Shown one piece after another: positions 36,850-48,736 of a stretch of DNA of 64,000 nt (its first letter is position 1; each line of letters opens with the position of its first letter). Position numbers and translations under genes: made by a program. Under the pieces are notes generated by a model, which was given only the letters and a program-made list of their open reading frames with translations, searched no databases and was not told the origin of the DNA. Source of the DNA: Squalus acanthias (taxonomy: Eukaryota); NCBI GenBank assembly GCA_030390025.1, contig CM059432.1:152770001-152834000 (forward strand), written 5' to 3'.

Positions 36850-39269
36850 AAATACTTTCTCTGATGAGTAGTTTTTATTCATAAGAGTAAATTAATGGGT
36901 TCTGAGTTGTAGACCAGTGGTTGCCATTGCTTGGAACTCATAGTATTCATACTTATCCCCTTATTGGACTTGGTTTGATAAGATTGAAAGGATTTTTGAT
37001 GTAGTTGTATGTAAATACAAGTCCAAGTACTTCTTTTGAAGCTATTTTCTCCAAGTTAAATTAAATATAAAAAATAAAATGTAAAATTTTATTTTTTGAC
37101 AGAATTATACATTAATAGAAGTCTTAATACCTCGTTTGAAGTTATTTTTCTCCCAGTTCCTCACATTAGCCATGAGTGAGTCAATGTCTAATCTTGGGCT
37201 CCGGCCAGTGCTGCACTGACCCAATATGTGAGCAGTAACAGATGACAGCACTCCCCCGCTTGCTTGTGGCTGCTGCACACTTCTGCGACATGGCCAAGGC
37301 CAAGAATTCTGCGACTTGATGCTGGAGTCTGTAGTCTCCCGTCCAGTCTGCAGATGAGTCTCAGTTCTGTGGGTGTGGTGATGGTGCGATGAGCCCAATC
37401 CTGGACACACACATGGCATTGGAAGCCAGGTGAGGCCGGTACGTGAATTGCCTTGTGTGCCAGGTGCTTGGCAGCCAGATCTTGTGACTTAGTGGTGCTG
37501 TATATAACTTCAGATGTGCTATACCATACACCATTTTTTAATTCAATTTTATTGTGAAGTGAAGACCACTGATTGCAGTCCTACTAAATCTCTTATTAGG
37601 AATGCTAATCGTGAGTGTGCAACTGAAACAAAAGACATTCTTTGTAAGTTTCAAGACTGAATTTTCCAGAATAGGGGGAAAGCATTTTCCAGCTTGTTCA
37701 TGCCTGGTAAGGACTCATGATTAAAATGGCTGTTGTTATCTGTCTGAGATTGAAAACAGGTAGTGCACCTCTAGATGAAGTCTGGTGAACCGTGAGGTTA
37801 ATGTAAACAGAAATCATATTCAGATATCAGAGGATTGAAACTGTCGGACCAATGAAAAGAAGTGGCAATATGGTATCTATGAATTATAAATCTAGGTCAT
37901 TATAAGATCTATATTTGTCAGCCAAAGTAAATGAGGCAGTTTCACTGGCAAGCTGAATGGCTCCCATGAGCCATCCTTCCTTGTTGATTTGGGTGTAAAA
38001 GTGCTGAGGAAATCAGTGCTGGCGCACATGGTTTAATCTCTCTCTCTTTCTCTCTATGTGTCACAGTAGTACTCTACACTGCCAATCACTTACATTTGGC
38101 CAATGATTCCAATTGTTCCAGAAGGTACTCTAGTGTGGTTTTTGAGTGACTGACATATTGCACTATTATGTTCTGCAACAGTTGGCACAAACTAAGCAGA
38201 AGCAGATTAGAATTTGCCAACAGATTGTTACTGTACTGTCAGCTGGATGAGTCCAACAGTCTTTGGCCAAGTGAGTTGATTGATAATCAACTAATGGAGC
38301 CCCCAAACATATCAGCGTGCCAAGGGGACTGATGGATCTGACTGGGGTATTTCATGATGTTGACTCAGTGAAGAGCCTGGGTATGGTCCATTATGAAAGT
38401 ATTTGTTTTGATGGACAGCCAAGTGTACTGTCACTTTCAAGAAGCAATCATTGAAATGAATCACAAATACTGTATTGTGAGGCACAGCTGTTGCTAGCTT
38501 GATATCTCTTAATTTATCCCGTTTACATCCAGTGAATTCTTGCATTGGCAGAAATTTCTGCTGCTAATGCTGCTTGAGATGGAGCCATGTGATCCACAAA
38601 TTACATTTTCAAGCAGAATCCAATATTGTGAACTTTTACTTGCATGTTGTAAAATATCACTGTTTAAATGAACATTTAAAAATACGACCATTCAATATCA
38701 TCAGCTCTTTGACCATTAAACATCTGAACTATTTTATCCTGGGGAGGGCGGGTGGTGGAGGGATGGGGTACCTGAGCACTTCAAGAATTTGCAAAGTAAG
38801 ACAAAGAAAGGAAAATGAAAAAGGAAAACATAAATTGAAGAGGGGAAATAGAGGAGATGGAGCAACTTTAGAAACAAATCATTTTCCCAGCCCCATCTAG
38901 CAGTTGGTCTGCAAAACTCAGGGACCTGTTAGTTTATGGTGTCACTCAGTTTATTTATTATGTGCCCATATGAGTAACACATGAACAGCAGATCTTCCAG
39001 TTCATTTTAAACTCATTATTTAAAATGATTTGCATGAAACCGTTTTAATTGTGCTTGATTCTGTAGTTGAAAGGGATCTTTTGATATTGAGGTCAAGAAA
39101 CCAAATAAAAACAAACTAGGGAGGCAAAGATAGAGTGATAGTGAATGGAATATTTTATCATATTCTCTTTTAACCTCTCACACTGTGCAGCTGATACTGT
39201 TGTGTGCCATTATGACACTTTTGCCCATCAGTTGCAATGGGCAGAATGTAGCAATGGAAAAGGCGCAAC

Positions 39270-39711
39270 ATTAGGCCGGGGGATTATGGTTAAAGATTTG
39301 AGAAGTTAGGGCTTTTATTCATTAGAATGAGAGGAGAGATAGGTGGCCAGCTAAGGTATTTAAGGCTGTGAAGGATTAAATAGTGAGAGCGTTTCCACTG
39401 GTTGATGATGAGGTAACAAGGGTAGAAATGTAAGATGATCACAAAGAATCAAAGGGGAGGTTCGAAAAGATATCTTTACACAGAGTGGTTAGATTGTGGA
39501 ATTTTACACTGCAGACTGTTGTTGAAGCAGAGCCCATTAATTCTTTTAGACGGGAATTAGATAGTTGCTTGAAAAAGAGGAATAGTAAAGAGTGTGGGGA
39601 GCGAGCAGGAGAGTGGGGTTAGATTAGGCGGCACATGTGGAGAAAACAGCAGCACAGATTTGATGGGATGAATGGCTTGTTTCTATGCTGAAATATTCTA
39701 TGAATCAATGA
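39270..39711 (+). mobile_element. Old CR1 3' fragment
   Basis: gagaagttagggcttttattcattagaa...tttacacagagtggttagattgtggaat...ttctatgaatcaatga. Confidence 0.7.
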
Positions 39712-39797
39712 TAATCGCTCCAGTACCTGGAGCTATATTGAGATGTCACAAGAATTTTGGGTGCATTTACACTGCATATTCTGACGGCCAAAAGCCT

Positions 39798-39881
39798 GTT
39801 CTGACGAAAGGTCTTCGACCTGAAACGTTAACTCTGTTTCTCTCTCCACGGATGCTGCCTGACCTGCTGAGTATTTCCAGC
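39798..39881 (+). mobile_element. Penelope-type pLTR fragment with minimal type-I hammerhead motif
   Basis: CTGACGA-A-AGGTC.TTC.GACCT-GAAAC-GTT-AAC; flanking direct repeat agcctgtt (39793-39800 and 39879-39886). Confidence 0.72.
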
Positions 39882-40801
39882 CTGTTTATATTGCTTGGTC
39901 CCAGCCTGGCTGCCGCTGCAATTCTAGCCTTCCAGCTCAGGAGAGAGTCATCTATGTACAGAGCGTCCTCCCAACCGTTAGGAACATAAATGTTTAGAAA
40001 GTGGGGAGAAGAGGAATTGAGATCAGGTACCTTTCAAACATGTCAGGTACTTTGCAAGCCAGGTTTGTCCCCGCACTGGATTCACTCTCTCTCGAGTGTT
40101 GCCACACTTAAGACCACCAGCTCCAGGGGGGTCTCCCTCCGCTTTGCTCTGGAGGCAGGTCAGGCTCGGGCTCCAGCTTTACACTTGGAAAGTTAATGTC
40201 ATTGCACCTTGAGACAGTGCCAAGTCACTGACCCACCGCAATATTACAGCAAGGTCCCTAAGATGGTGGCTTTCCTCATTTAAAGGGCACACACGTTGCC
40301 GAAAACGTACTCGAATCTCCCAGGAGAGAAATTCACTCACTCATGAACCGTGCTCTAAATAGTGCCAAGAGTGGCTTCTGCTAGGTTCGGGGTTCTCAAC
40401 CTTTTTGATTCTGAGGCCCACCTACCCATGTTATAAAATTCTATGGACCCCCTGTAATACAACACAAGTATATTTTTCTGTATAGAAATTAGTTATACAA
40501 TTAAACATATATATTTATTATTATTTTTATTTTACTTATTTAATGTGACTAATTAGGAAGAGAAATTGCAATCATATATTACCCCACCCTCTTTAATCGA
40601 TAACTGGAAATTAGATGCAATTTTATTTTTCCACTACCGTCACGTCAGAGACAAACTAACACAGGATATGACCTGAACCAGGCCCTAAAGCCCAGCATTA
40701 CTGACACCCACCGGAGTGAGTGGGTGTAAAGAGGAAGCTTTCCTTTGGGGACGCTAATGTTACTGCTGGTTATTTATTATTCACTGGCTGCTGCTCGTTA
40801 C

Positions 40802-40917
40802 CGAATGAATTGAGGAAATCCACTATCTTTTTGATGCTGCTGGTGATGACCTCAATGTACTCGCTGTTGGCCCAGTCCTGGAGTTTCTCTCTGCACCGGA
40901 TCACCCTGCCCCACCAT
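40802..40917 (-). pseudogene. BRK1: Captured BRK1 (BRICK1, WAVE complex subunit) coding exon 1, frameshifted
   Basis: Minus strand gacATGG... reads [12 protein letters not shown]/fs/[33 protein letters not shown] versus human [40 protein letters not shown] (recalled): 32/39 identical, 2-nt deletion, ends at a phase-1 splice donor. Confidence 0.92.
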
Positions 40918-41215
40918 GTCTGAAGCACAACACTGCACTGATTGACTTCACATCACCTGTCCAAAGCGCCAAACAACCAGATTGGCCACATCTAACCCAG
41001 AAGTGCGAGTTCGGCAAAGATTATTGGTCAGGAGGGCGGTGGATTGAGATGACGGATGAAATGAGAGTTTCCATTGATTAAACGTGAAGGAGGGCTCAGA
41101 CTTTGGAGCAAAAGAAGAATCTGATTGGTTAATTGATTGACAAGAGGTTACATCTGGATTTCGATTGGTTGCATTGAACAAGCAATGAGAAATATGATTG
41201 GTTTAACTTGGGTTA
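40918..41215 (-). promoter_or_regulatory. Captured promoter upstream of the BRK1 exon copy
   Basis: Five minus-strand CCAAT boxes (ATTGG at 40981, 41023, 41124, 41164, 41197), GGGCGG at 41034, CCAGAAGTG at 40997 (ETS CCGGAAGTG with CpG decay). Confidence 0.65.
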
Positions 41216-41754
41216 GCGCTTTTTTGGCGGACCCCTTGAAACCTTCTCGCGGACCATTGGTTGAGAGCCCCTGTGCTAGGTGACCCTTCACATACATCTG
41301 CTTAAGTCGGCTTGCTCTGTTGGGTGGTGCGGTGTGTGAAAGAGTGGGATTTGGTGGGATAAACTTGTCTTGTGTCTCCTGGTAATACATCGCCTGCGTG
41401 GTTCATTCCCTGAGTGCCTCTCTGCTGTCATTATCATTTCAGTAAAAACAAAGGTGGCTGTGTGAAGTGTTCATATTCTCTCTATTTGAACTGTGAAAAA
41501 TACCTAGCAGTACAATTATAGATTTGGGTTGTTCTTGGAGAGAGCAATTTGGGCAGCATAACACAATGAAGTTACAGATCTCACTGGTGGTGGGAGTAAT
41601 TTGATATGATGAATTAATGCTACAAACCACAGATCGGAAATTCGAGTAATAAAATCCACATGCCCAATTTGCCAGTACGCTTTTCCACCCATTCCCCTTT
41701 GGCTCGATGTTAGACAAACCTTCTGTACATATTCATTAAAAGCGGGCATGCGAT

Positions 41755-42050
41755 AGTGTATTTGCAGTGTTGTCCTCTCGCCCCTCTGGGACCTGGGTTT
41801 GAATCCAGTCTGAACTTGTGAGATGAAAGTCTCCCCTTAATGCGGGTTTAAGGGGCCCTACGTGAAATGAGCACCGGTAGTCACAACCCCAGTTCCAAGT
41901 GAAGACAATCTACAGCACAGAACTGCCCAGAAATCAGCACAATTTAGCCTTGTCCCTTGAAGAGGTTGAAATGGTAGTGGATGTGGGGAGTGAAAAATAA
42001 TCTCACACTGGTGCTGTGATGGGTACTCCTTCTGAAGCCGGTGTTAAGGG
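41755..42050 (+). mobile_element. LF-SINE-like element
   Basis: Ordered blocks matching the LF-SINE consensus as recalled: GGTTTGAATCCAG, GAAAGTC, GGCCCTACGTGAAATGAG, CCAGTTCCAAGTG, CAGCACAGAAC, CAGCACAATTTAGC. Confidence 0.6.
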
Positions 42051-42300
42051 GCAGAAGAAAGGGCCTTCATGCTGCACCTGGCTGTGCTGAACCCAAGCTC
42101 CGGATGCATGATATCCACACTGTGATACAAGTGGGAAACATGTTCCACTCACCAGCACTGATCTCCCTCCCCTTCAGAAGCAAAGTCAAATTACTTAAAT
42201 ATGAGGAACTGGTGGGTGAGAGTCTGAAGATGCTTGGTTGTAAATTCACCTGCTTGCTTATTAAAAACCAGTGACTGAACTGTAACATCTCAGTGGTTGA

Positions 42301-42699
42301 ACATAACAGTATAAGAATTAGGAGCAGGAGTCGGCCATTCGGCCCCTCGAGCCTGCTCTGCCATTCAATAAGATCATGGCTGATCTTTGACATCAACTCC
42401 ACTTTCTCGCCCGATCTCCATATCCCTTGATTCCCCTAGTATCCAAAAATCTAACGCTCTCAGCCGTGAATATACTCAACGACTGAGCCTCCACAGCCCT
42501 CTGGGGTTGAGAATTCCAAAGATTCACCACCCTCTGAGTGAAGAAATTTCTCCTCATCTCAGTCCTAAATGGCCAACCCCTTATTCTGAGTCTGTGACCC
42601 CTGGTTCTAGACTCCCCAGCCAGGGGAAACACCCTCCCTGCATCTACCCTGTCAAGCCCTGTAAGAATTTTATATGTTTCAATGAGGTCACCTCTCATT
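42301..42699 (-). mobile_element. CR1 LINE 3' fragment
   Basis: ORF 42393-42749 MRGDLIETYKILTGLDRVDAGRVFP...FTQRVVNLWNS. Confidence 0.92.
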
Positions 42700-42850
42700 T
42701 GGATGAAACAATATTGCTCATATAGGTTACACCTGGTTAGTCTTTTCATTCTGATTGGTTGGCAGTTGCTTTAAATTGATAATTGAAGCTCTTCGTCCTC
42801 TTACATATGCTAAATCCCTGAGGAAATAAAACAAACTGCACCTGTACAGG

Positions 42851-44350
42851 CCCCCCCATCCCCCACAGGCGTCCCCCCCCATCCCCCACAGGCATTCCCC
42901 CCCCATCCCCACAGGCATCCCCCCCCATCCCCCACAGGCGTCCCCCCCATCCCCCACAGGCATTCACCCCCCATCCCCCACAGGCCCCCCCCCCATCCCC
43001 CACAGGCATTCCCCCCCCATCCCCACAGGCGTCCCCCCATCCCCCACAGGCATTCCCCCCCCATCCCCCACAGGCATTCCCCCCATCCCCCACAGGCATT
43101 CCCCCCCATCCCCCACAGGCGTCCCCCCCCCATCCCCCACAGGCATTCCCCCCCATCCCCCACAGGCATTCCCCCCCATCCCCCACAGGCATTCCCCCCC
43201 ATCCCCCACAGGCATTCCCCCCCATCCCCCACAGGCATTCCCCCCCATCCCCCACAGGCATTCCCCCCCATCCCCCACAGGCGTCCCCCCCCCATCCCCC
43301 ACAGGCATTCCCCCCCATCCCCCACAGGCGTCCCCCCCCCATCCCCCACAGGCATTCCCCCCATCCCCCACAGGCGTTCCCCCCCCATCCCCCACAGGCA
43401 TTCCCCCCATCCCCCACAGGCGTCCCCCCCCACCCCCCACAGGCATTCCCCCCCATCCCCCACAGGCGTCCCCCCCATCCCCCACAGGCGTCCCCCCCAT
43501 CCCCCACAGGCGTTCCCCCCCATCCCCCACAGGCGTTCCCCCCCATCCCCCACAGGCGTCCCCCCTCCATCCCCCACAGGCATCCCCCCCCATCCCCCAC
43601 AGGCGTCCCCCCCCATCCCCACAGGCGCCCCCCCCATCCCCCACAGGCATCCCCCCCATCCCCACAGGCACCCCCCCATCCCCACAGGCATCCCCCCCAT
43701 CCCCCACAGGCATTCCCCCCATCCCCACAGGTGTCCCCCCCATCCCCACAGGCGTCCCCACCCATCCCCACAGGCGTCCCCCCCCATCCCCACAGGCGTC
43801 CCCCCCCCCATCCCCACAGGCGTCCCCCCCCATCCCCACAGGCACCCCCCCATCCCCCACAGGCGTCCCCCCCATCCCCACAGGCGTCCCACCCCCCCAT
43901 CCCCCACAGGCACCCCCCCATCCCCCACAGGCATTCCCCCCATCCCCCACAGGCGTCCCCCCATCCCCCACAGGCGTCCCCCCATCCCCCACAGGCGTCC
44001 CCCCCCCATCCCCCACTGGCGGCCCCCCCCATCCCCCACAGGCGTCCCCCCCCCATCCCCCACAGGCGTCCCCCCCATCCCCCACAGGTGTCCCCCCCCC
44101 ATCCCCCACAGGCGTTCCCCCCCCCATCCCCACAGGCGTCCCCCCCCCATCCCCCACAGGCGTCCCCCCCTCCATCCCCCACAGGCGTCCCCCCATCCCC
44201 CACAGGCGTCCCCCCCCATCCCCCACTGGCGGCCCCCCCATCCCACACAGGTGTCCCCCCCCCCATCCCCCACAGGCGTCCCCCCCCCATCCCCCACAGG
44301 CGTTCCCCCATCCCCCACAGGCGGCCCCCCCCCCCATCCCCCACTGGCGT
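42851..44350. repeat. 1.5-kb C-rich minisatellite, unit about 23-28 bp (C5-9 ATCCCC(C)ACAGGC(GT/ATT)), roughly 60 units
   Basis: Directly visible. Minus strand is a dense G-run array; source of the spurious Gly/Trp-rich ORFs. Confidence 0.97.
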
Positions 44351-44540
44351 CCTGTGCAGAAGCAGTTTGTTTTATTTCCTCTATCCCCCTCCTCTCACCT
44401 GCAAATTGGAAAAGATATGGTGGATGTAATCTGATCTTGTGTAAGTTTAGGCTTCATAAAGGCATCCACTCAAGAACCTATGTTGCTTTAGAGTAAATGG
44501 TGTTCATGTAGAGGGAGCATGTTTACCTCAGGGAGTTAGT

Positions 44541-44860
44541 GAACCCTCTGAGAACTCAGCGTATCTCTAACTCTGGCCTCTTGTGCATCTTCCACTTACT
44601 TCGCCCCGCCATTGCCAGCCGTGCCTTCAGCCATCTTGGTCCTAAGCTCTGGAATTTCCTCCCTAAACCTCTCCGCCTCTCTGTTTCCTCCTTTAAGACA
44701 CTGCTGAAAACTTACCTCTGTGACCAAGCGTTTGGTCACCTGTCCGAATGTTTCTTTCTTTGGCTCGGTGTTTATTTCTCTCTGATTACGCTCCTGTGAA
44801 GCACCGAGGGATTTTTTACTACGTTAAATGTGCTATAGGAATGCAAGTTGTATCTGTTGT
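44541..44860 (+). mobile_element. L2 LINE 3' fragment
   Basis: ORF 44539-44799 RAFSHLGPKLWNFLPKPLRL...FKTLLKTYL; L2 tail. Confidence 0.88.
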
Positions 44861-46596
44861 CATTTTGCAAATCCCCGATTCAAAACGAGTAGCTTTTGGA
44901 AATCCATCTAGCTATAAATGTCTTGGATGGAATTGGGAAGGAATGTTTCTTAAGGATTGCACTGATTTTTAAGGTGTCTGGGTTGGGCTGTGATAATGGA
45001 TGGTATTAAAGACTAAAAATAAAAGTTTGAAGTGTGCAGAGGAACTGTTGCCACTCAAAGCAGTTCCTTATGAATCTTAAGATTCACTCCATCCCTGCAT
45101 GGTCTGTTGCAGCTCATTTAGTTTTGTGACTGTCACATGATATCACACCATTTTTTAAAGATGAGTTGATTTACTGGAGTGTGAAAGAAAGCGAGAAACT
45201 GCTGAACGTTCAAGTAAAACTTGCAAAAAGATCGGTTACGAGGGAAGCAATCGGAGCTCAGACTCTCTTTAGCCACTGTGCCTAATCCATTACAAATGCG
45301 GTTAGCCTGAAAGCTACACTTAAGCAGCACAAGAGGCCAGCATCTTTAGAAAAGAACCCTTCAACTCTGAAACCACCTTTATTATTGCTCTTCAGATATT
45401 ACATGCCAGTGTCAGAACTACGTCATGTCATGGTTCCATCAACATTACACTGGTGCAATTGTACATGATTGAAGGGGTTTGAACAGGTACAAGTGTATAG
45501 TTTATATTTAGTTCTCGGATCCTTAAATATATAAGTGACTACAAGCATTTGGTAATGTCTATTCAGTCACATTTTTGTGCATTGCTATTAGCCATTTTGC
45601 CAGGATTATGTATCATTATAACTGATAACCCTTTCCATATGTATAGAGAAAGGGCAAAATATGTAAATAATTGAAGTATCTCAGCGTGTAATGTTATAGA
45701 CAAGTGAAGAATAACAGTGAGTTCCTATTCGCCACATCCTGACCCTCCGAGTTTGTTTTAGTGAGTTTTAGTTCCCCTGGAGATTAGCTTTGATCTTTGT
45801 CAAATTCAGATATTTCGAGTCCCTTGTAACTGATAACTGAGTGGAATTGGCTTCTCACATCAGATTACAGTCTGTCATGGTGATTGGTGCCAACAGCAAA
45901 CACTTATGATCACGGTCTGCAAAAATCTGCTGCTACATTCTCATAGCATCAAAGGAATGTGCTCCCCCCACTGCTCTCACAGCTGCTCCCAGTGGCTTTT
46001 TCTTACACAGTAAATTAATTGGAAAAACAAGGGACAAAAGGCATTAGGTGGGGTCAGCTCGCTGTGTCGTAGCTAGCACATGACGGGCTTTAATCACTGT
46101 CTTTTCTCGAGGACCAGGTTACTGGAGCCAGAAGCCCTCCCCGAGAGGGGCGGGCAGGAGGGAGAGCTCTGCTGATGTCTCAGCATGCTCGCTGTGATCA
46201 CTGGCACTCAGCTTTAAACACAGTCTTTCAGTATGAGGGTCTGACGACAGAACTGTGTCAGAATGCCTGCTTACCTCTATTGTAGCATAACTCAAGTTGC
46301 AGTCTTCTAAAGATTTTTTTTGAAAAACTATGCGTAAAGCCCATTATTGTACCAGTATTATAACATCCTTTAACACTGAAAGAAATGGCTAAGTTTCCTG
46401 TCCATGTTTTTGACTTCAGAGAACATTCTGATATCAGTTCACATGTCTGCAGTACCTTCATGTACAGTACCATATGGTGTGTCTCATTTGTTCAATTTGT
46501 GGAATCTAGCTTCTTTCGATGAAATCATTCTAAAACTACTCTTTTTAAATTACTGTCATAACCAACTCTCCTCTATGATTTTGTTTTCCCTTTCAG

Positions 46597-46802
46597 GTCT
46601 CCCTCCCTTTCAAGTAGTCCAGCATTTTCCGACATCTCGCTCATCAGAATTTCCCCACACAGAACTCCCGTTGGCGCCTCCGAGCCAGTGTTTAACCCGC
46701 CGCACCCATACATTAACCCGTATATGGACTACATTAGGTCTCTACACAGCAGCCCCTCTCTGTCAATGATCTCTGCAGCCAGGGGTCTCAGCCCTACTGA
46801 CG
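46597..46802 (+). CDS. GLI3: GLI3 internal coding exon (equivalent to human exon 5), 206 nt
   Basis: tttcccttcAG-type acceptor; donor G|GTGAGC. Translates [68 protein letters not shown]. Phase 2 joins the previous exon (AT|G = Met). Confidence 0.97.
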
Positions 46803-48736
46803 GTGAGCACCATGTAAAGTTTTGCTTCCTTAGAATGGATTAGAGACAGTGATGTAAAAATGTGTATCAATTTAATGAGTTACAAAGATAACGCTGTGAA
46901 TATTTTACAATTTAAACTTTTTAATCAAAGCATAATGTTAATAATAGTGCAACATTTAAAAATGATTTATGGTGGCTTCTACATAATCAGCTATTTTATC
47001 ACCGTGGTGATCTAATGTATATTAAACCTTCTCAGCAGATTATAGTTCGTTGCTTAAGTGAAATCCTGTTTTCGTAAAGACTTGTCTGATTTTTTTTAAC
47101 TGTTCCTGCTGCACCTTATTCTTCTCGGTGTTGTTTTGAGTCCTAGGTGTTTCACTCTAGGAACCCTGCAGATTCTCTAATGTTGCTGAAAGACCTGAGT
47201 TGCTGGGACAGGAGAGGGTGCTTGAAGCACAACTTTAAAAATTAAAAAAAAGTAATCAGACCCTGACTTTTGAATATTTATGAGCCTGCCTGAAATTTAA
47301 GTGCATGGTCCTATTAATTTCCACATGTCTCAAGTTACTGATAGGAATAGAATGTTGTGATACAATTAGGATTCAACCACTGATGAGGCAACTTCAGTAA
47401 AACGGCCCTTTCTAAACCTCTAAAATTCAAAGAGAGCAAATCAGCCAATAAGAAATATGAGCACAAATAGGACTAAGTTGCCTAAGCTTCAAGGGCATGT
47501 AGACTGCAGGTTGGCCACCTCAGTTGTAAGATACCACCTCACTACAGCAGCTGCACAATTCGTTTCAAACAGGTCTGTATTCAGAACATAAGGGAGGTGG
47601 GGTGACACTGAGTCCTATAGCATTGACACCTAATGTCATGTAACAGAGATTAAGGTGCATGTGCTTCCAATGTGTGCTGTGTGGAAGTTACAGTACCTCC
47701 CTGAATTCTCAGCACCTCCATGCAGAGGGAAGGACATTGCAAGGGAGAGTCTTGTCATGCCCATATGGTCCCTTGGCAGTGGCTGGTGGCATGGTCCATT
47801 GACAAAGGCCTGGTTTGGGTTATGTGCCAGAAACATCAAGTCCAGACAAACCAAAAATGAATTACATAAAGAAAAAATACATTGCAGAGAAAGTTTTAAT
47901 TTTGAAAGGAGTGTGACTCTGATGTGTGATTCCTGCTCGACGATCCATCACTGTCTATAATCTGATACCATCCAATTCAATCACTGTGCAGCACTGGGGA
48001 GTAGGCAACATATAAATACTATGGAGATGGAATTCAGTTTAGAGCAGGATAAGCTGAACTAGATTTGATCTCCTGTGCAAAATAAAGACAGCACTCCCTC
48101 GAGTCAAGACTGTCAGGGATGTTGGGTAGCACCTGCAACCTTTCAGCAGCATTACTTAGTGAGGTTCCCACTGATTGCATTAATAGATTTCATTATTATG
48201 GTTGAAGTTTGTATCATTGAAAACAAGCCATGCAGCAAAAGATTTCACGTATTAAGAAAAGTTTACGGGCTAGCTCTTTTGTTTCCAATGAGATGAGCAT
48301 TTACAGGTTCTGCATGGCCTTTGCTGCTTTCAACCTTCCTCTTGCTGCCCTGAGCAATCATCCTTTTTTACTTTGTCTCTCCTGCTTCCCCTCATGCTCA
48401 CTCCAAGCTCATTGCGTTCACGAGACCCACCTCCTGCTCCCTCGACCCCATTCCCACTAAATTGCTGACCACCCTACTTCCCCTCCGAGACCCCGTACCA
48501 GTTGACATTGTAAATGTTTTCCTCCCTTCAGGTACAGTCTGCCTCCCTTTCATCACTCCTCCCCCCTCAAAAAACCCACACTCGACTCCTTTGTCCTTGC
48601 AAAGTACTGCCCATCTCCAGCTTCCCTTTTCTCTCCTAAGCTATTGAACATATTGCCCATCATTCCCGCAACTTTGAATCTCTCTAGTCAGGTTTCTGCC
48701 ACAGCACTGATACGGCCCAAATCAAAGTTACAAATT

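Larger units (their letters stand above)
40387..41273. mobile_element. Non-autonomous hAT (Charlie-like) DNA transposon carrying captured host DNA (Pack-TIR)
   Basis: TIRs TCGGGGTTCTCAACC and (reverse complement) CAGGGGCTCTCAACC; perfect 8-bp TSD TGCTAGGT at 40379-40386 and 41274-41281; hAT-type subterminal gcggacc motifs. Confidence 0.9.

Noticed and set aside
40802..40917. Functional nested BRK1 gene or processed retrocopy
   Set aside because: Frameshifted, no exon 2-3 sequence seen, intron donor retained, no poly(A), and enclosed by hAT TIRs and TSD.
42746..44429. 457-532-aa Gly/Trp-rich and Pro-rich ORFs
   Set aside because: Open in several frames only because the minisatellite lacks stop codons; no splice or codon evidence.
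46404..46769. ORF-track proteins overlapping exons (also 51148-51381)
   Set aside because: Wrong reading frames of the real GLI3 exons.
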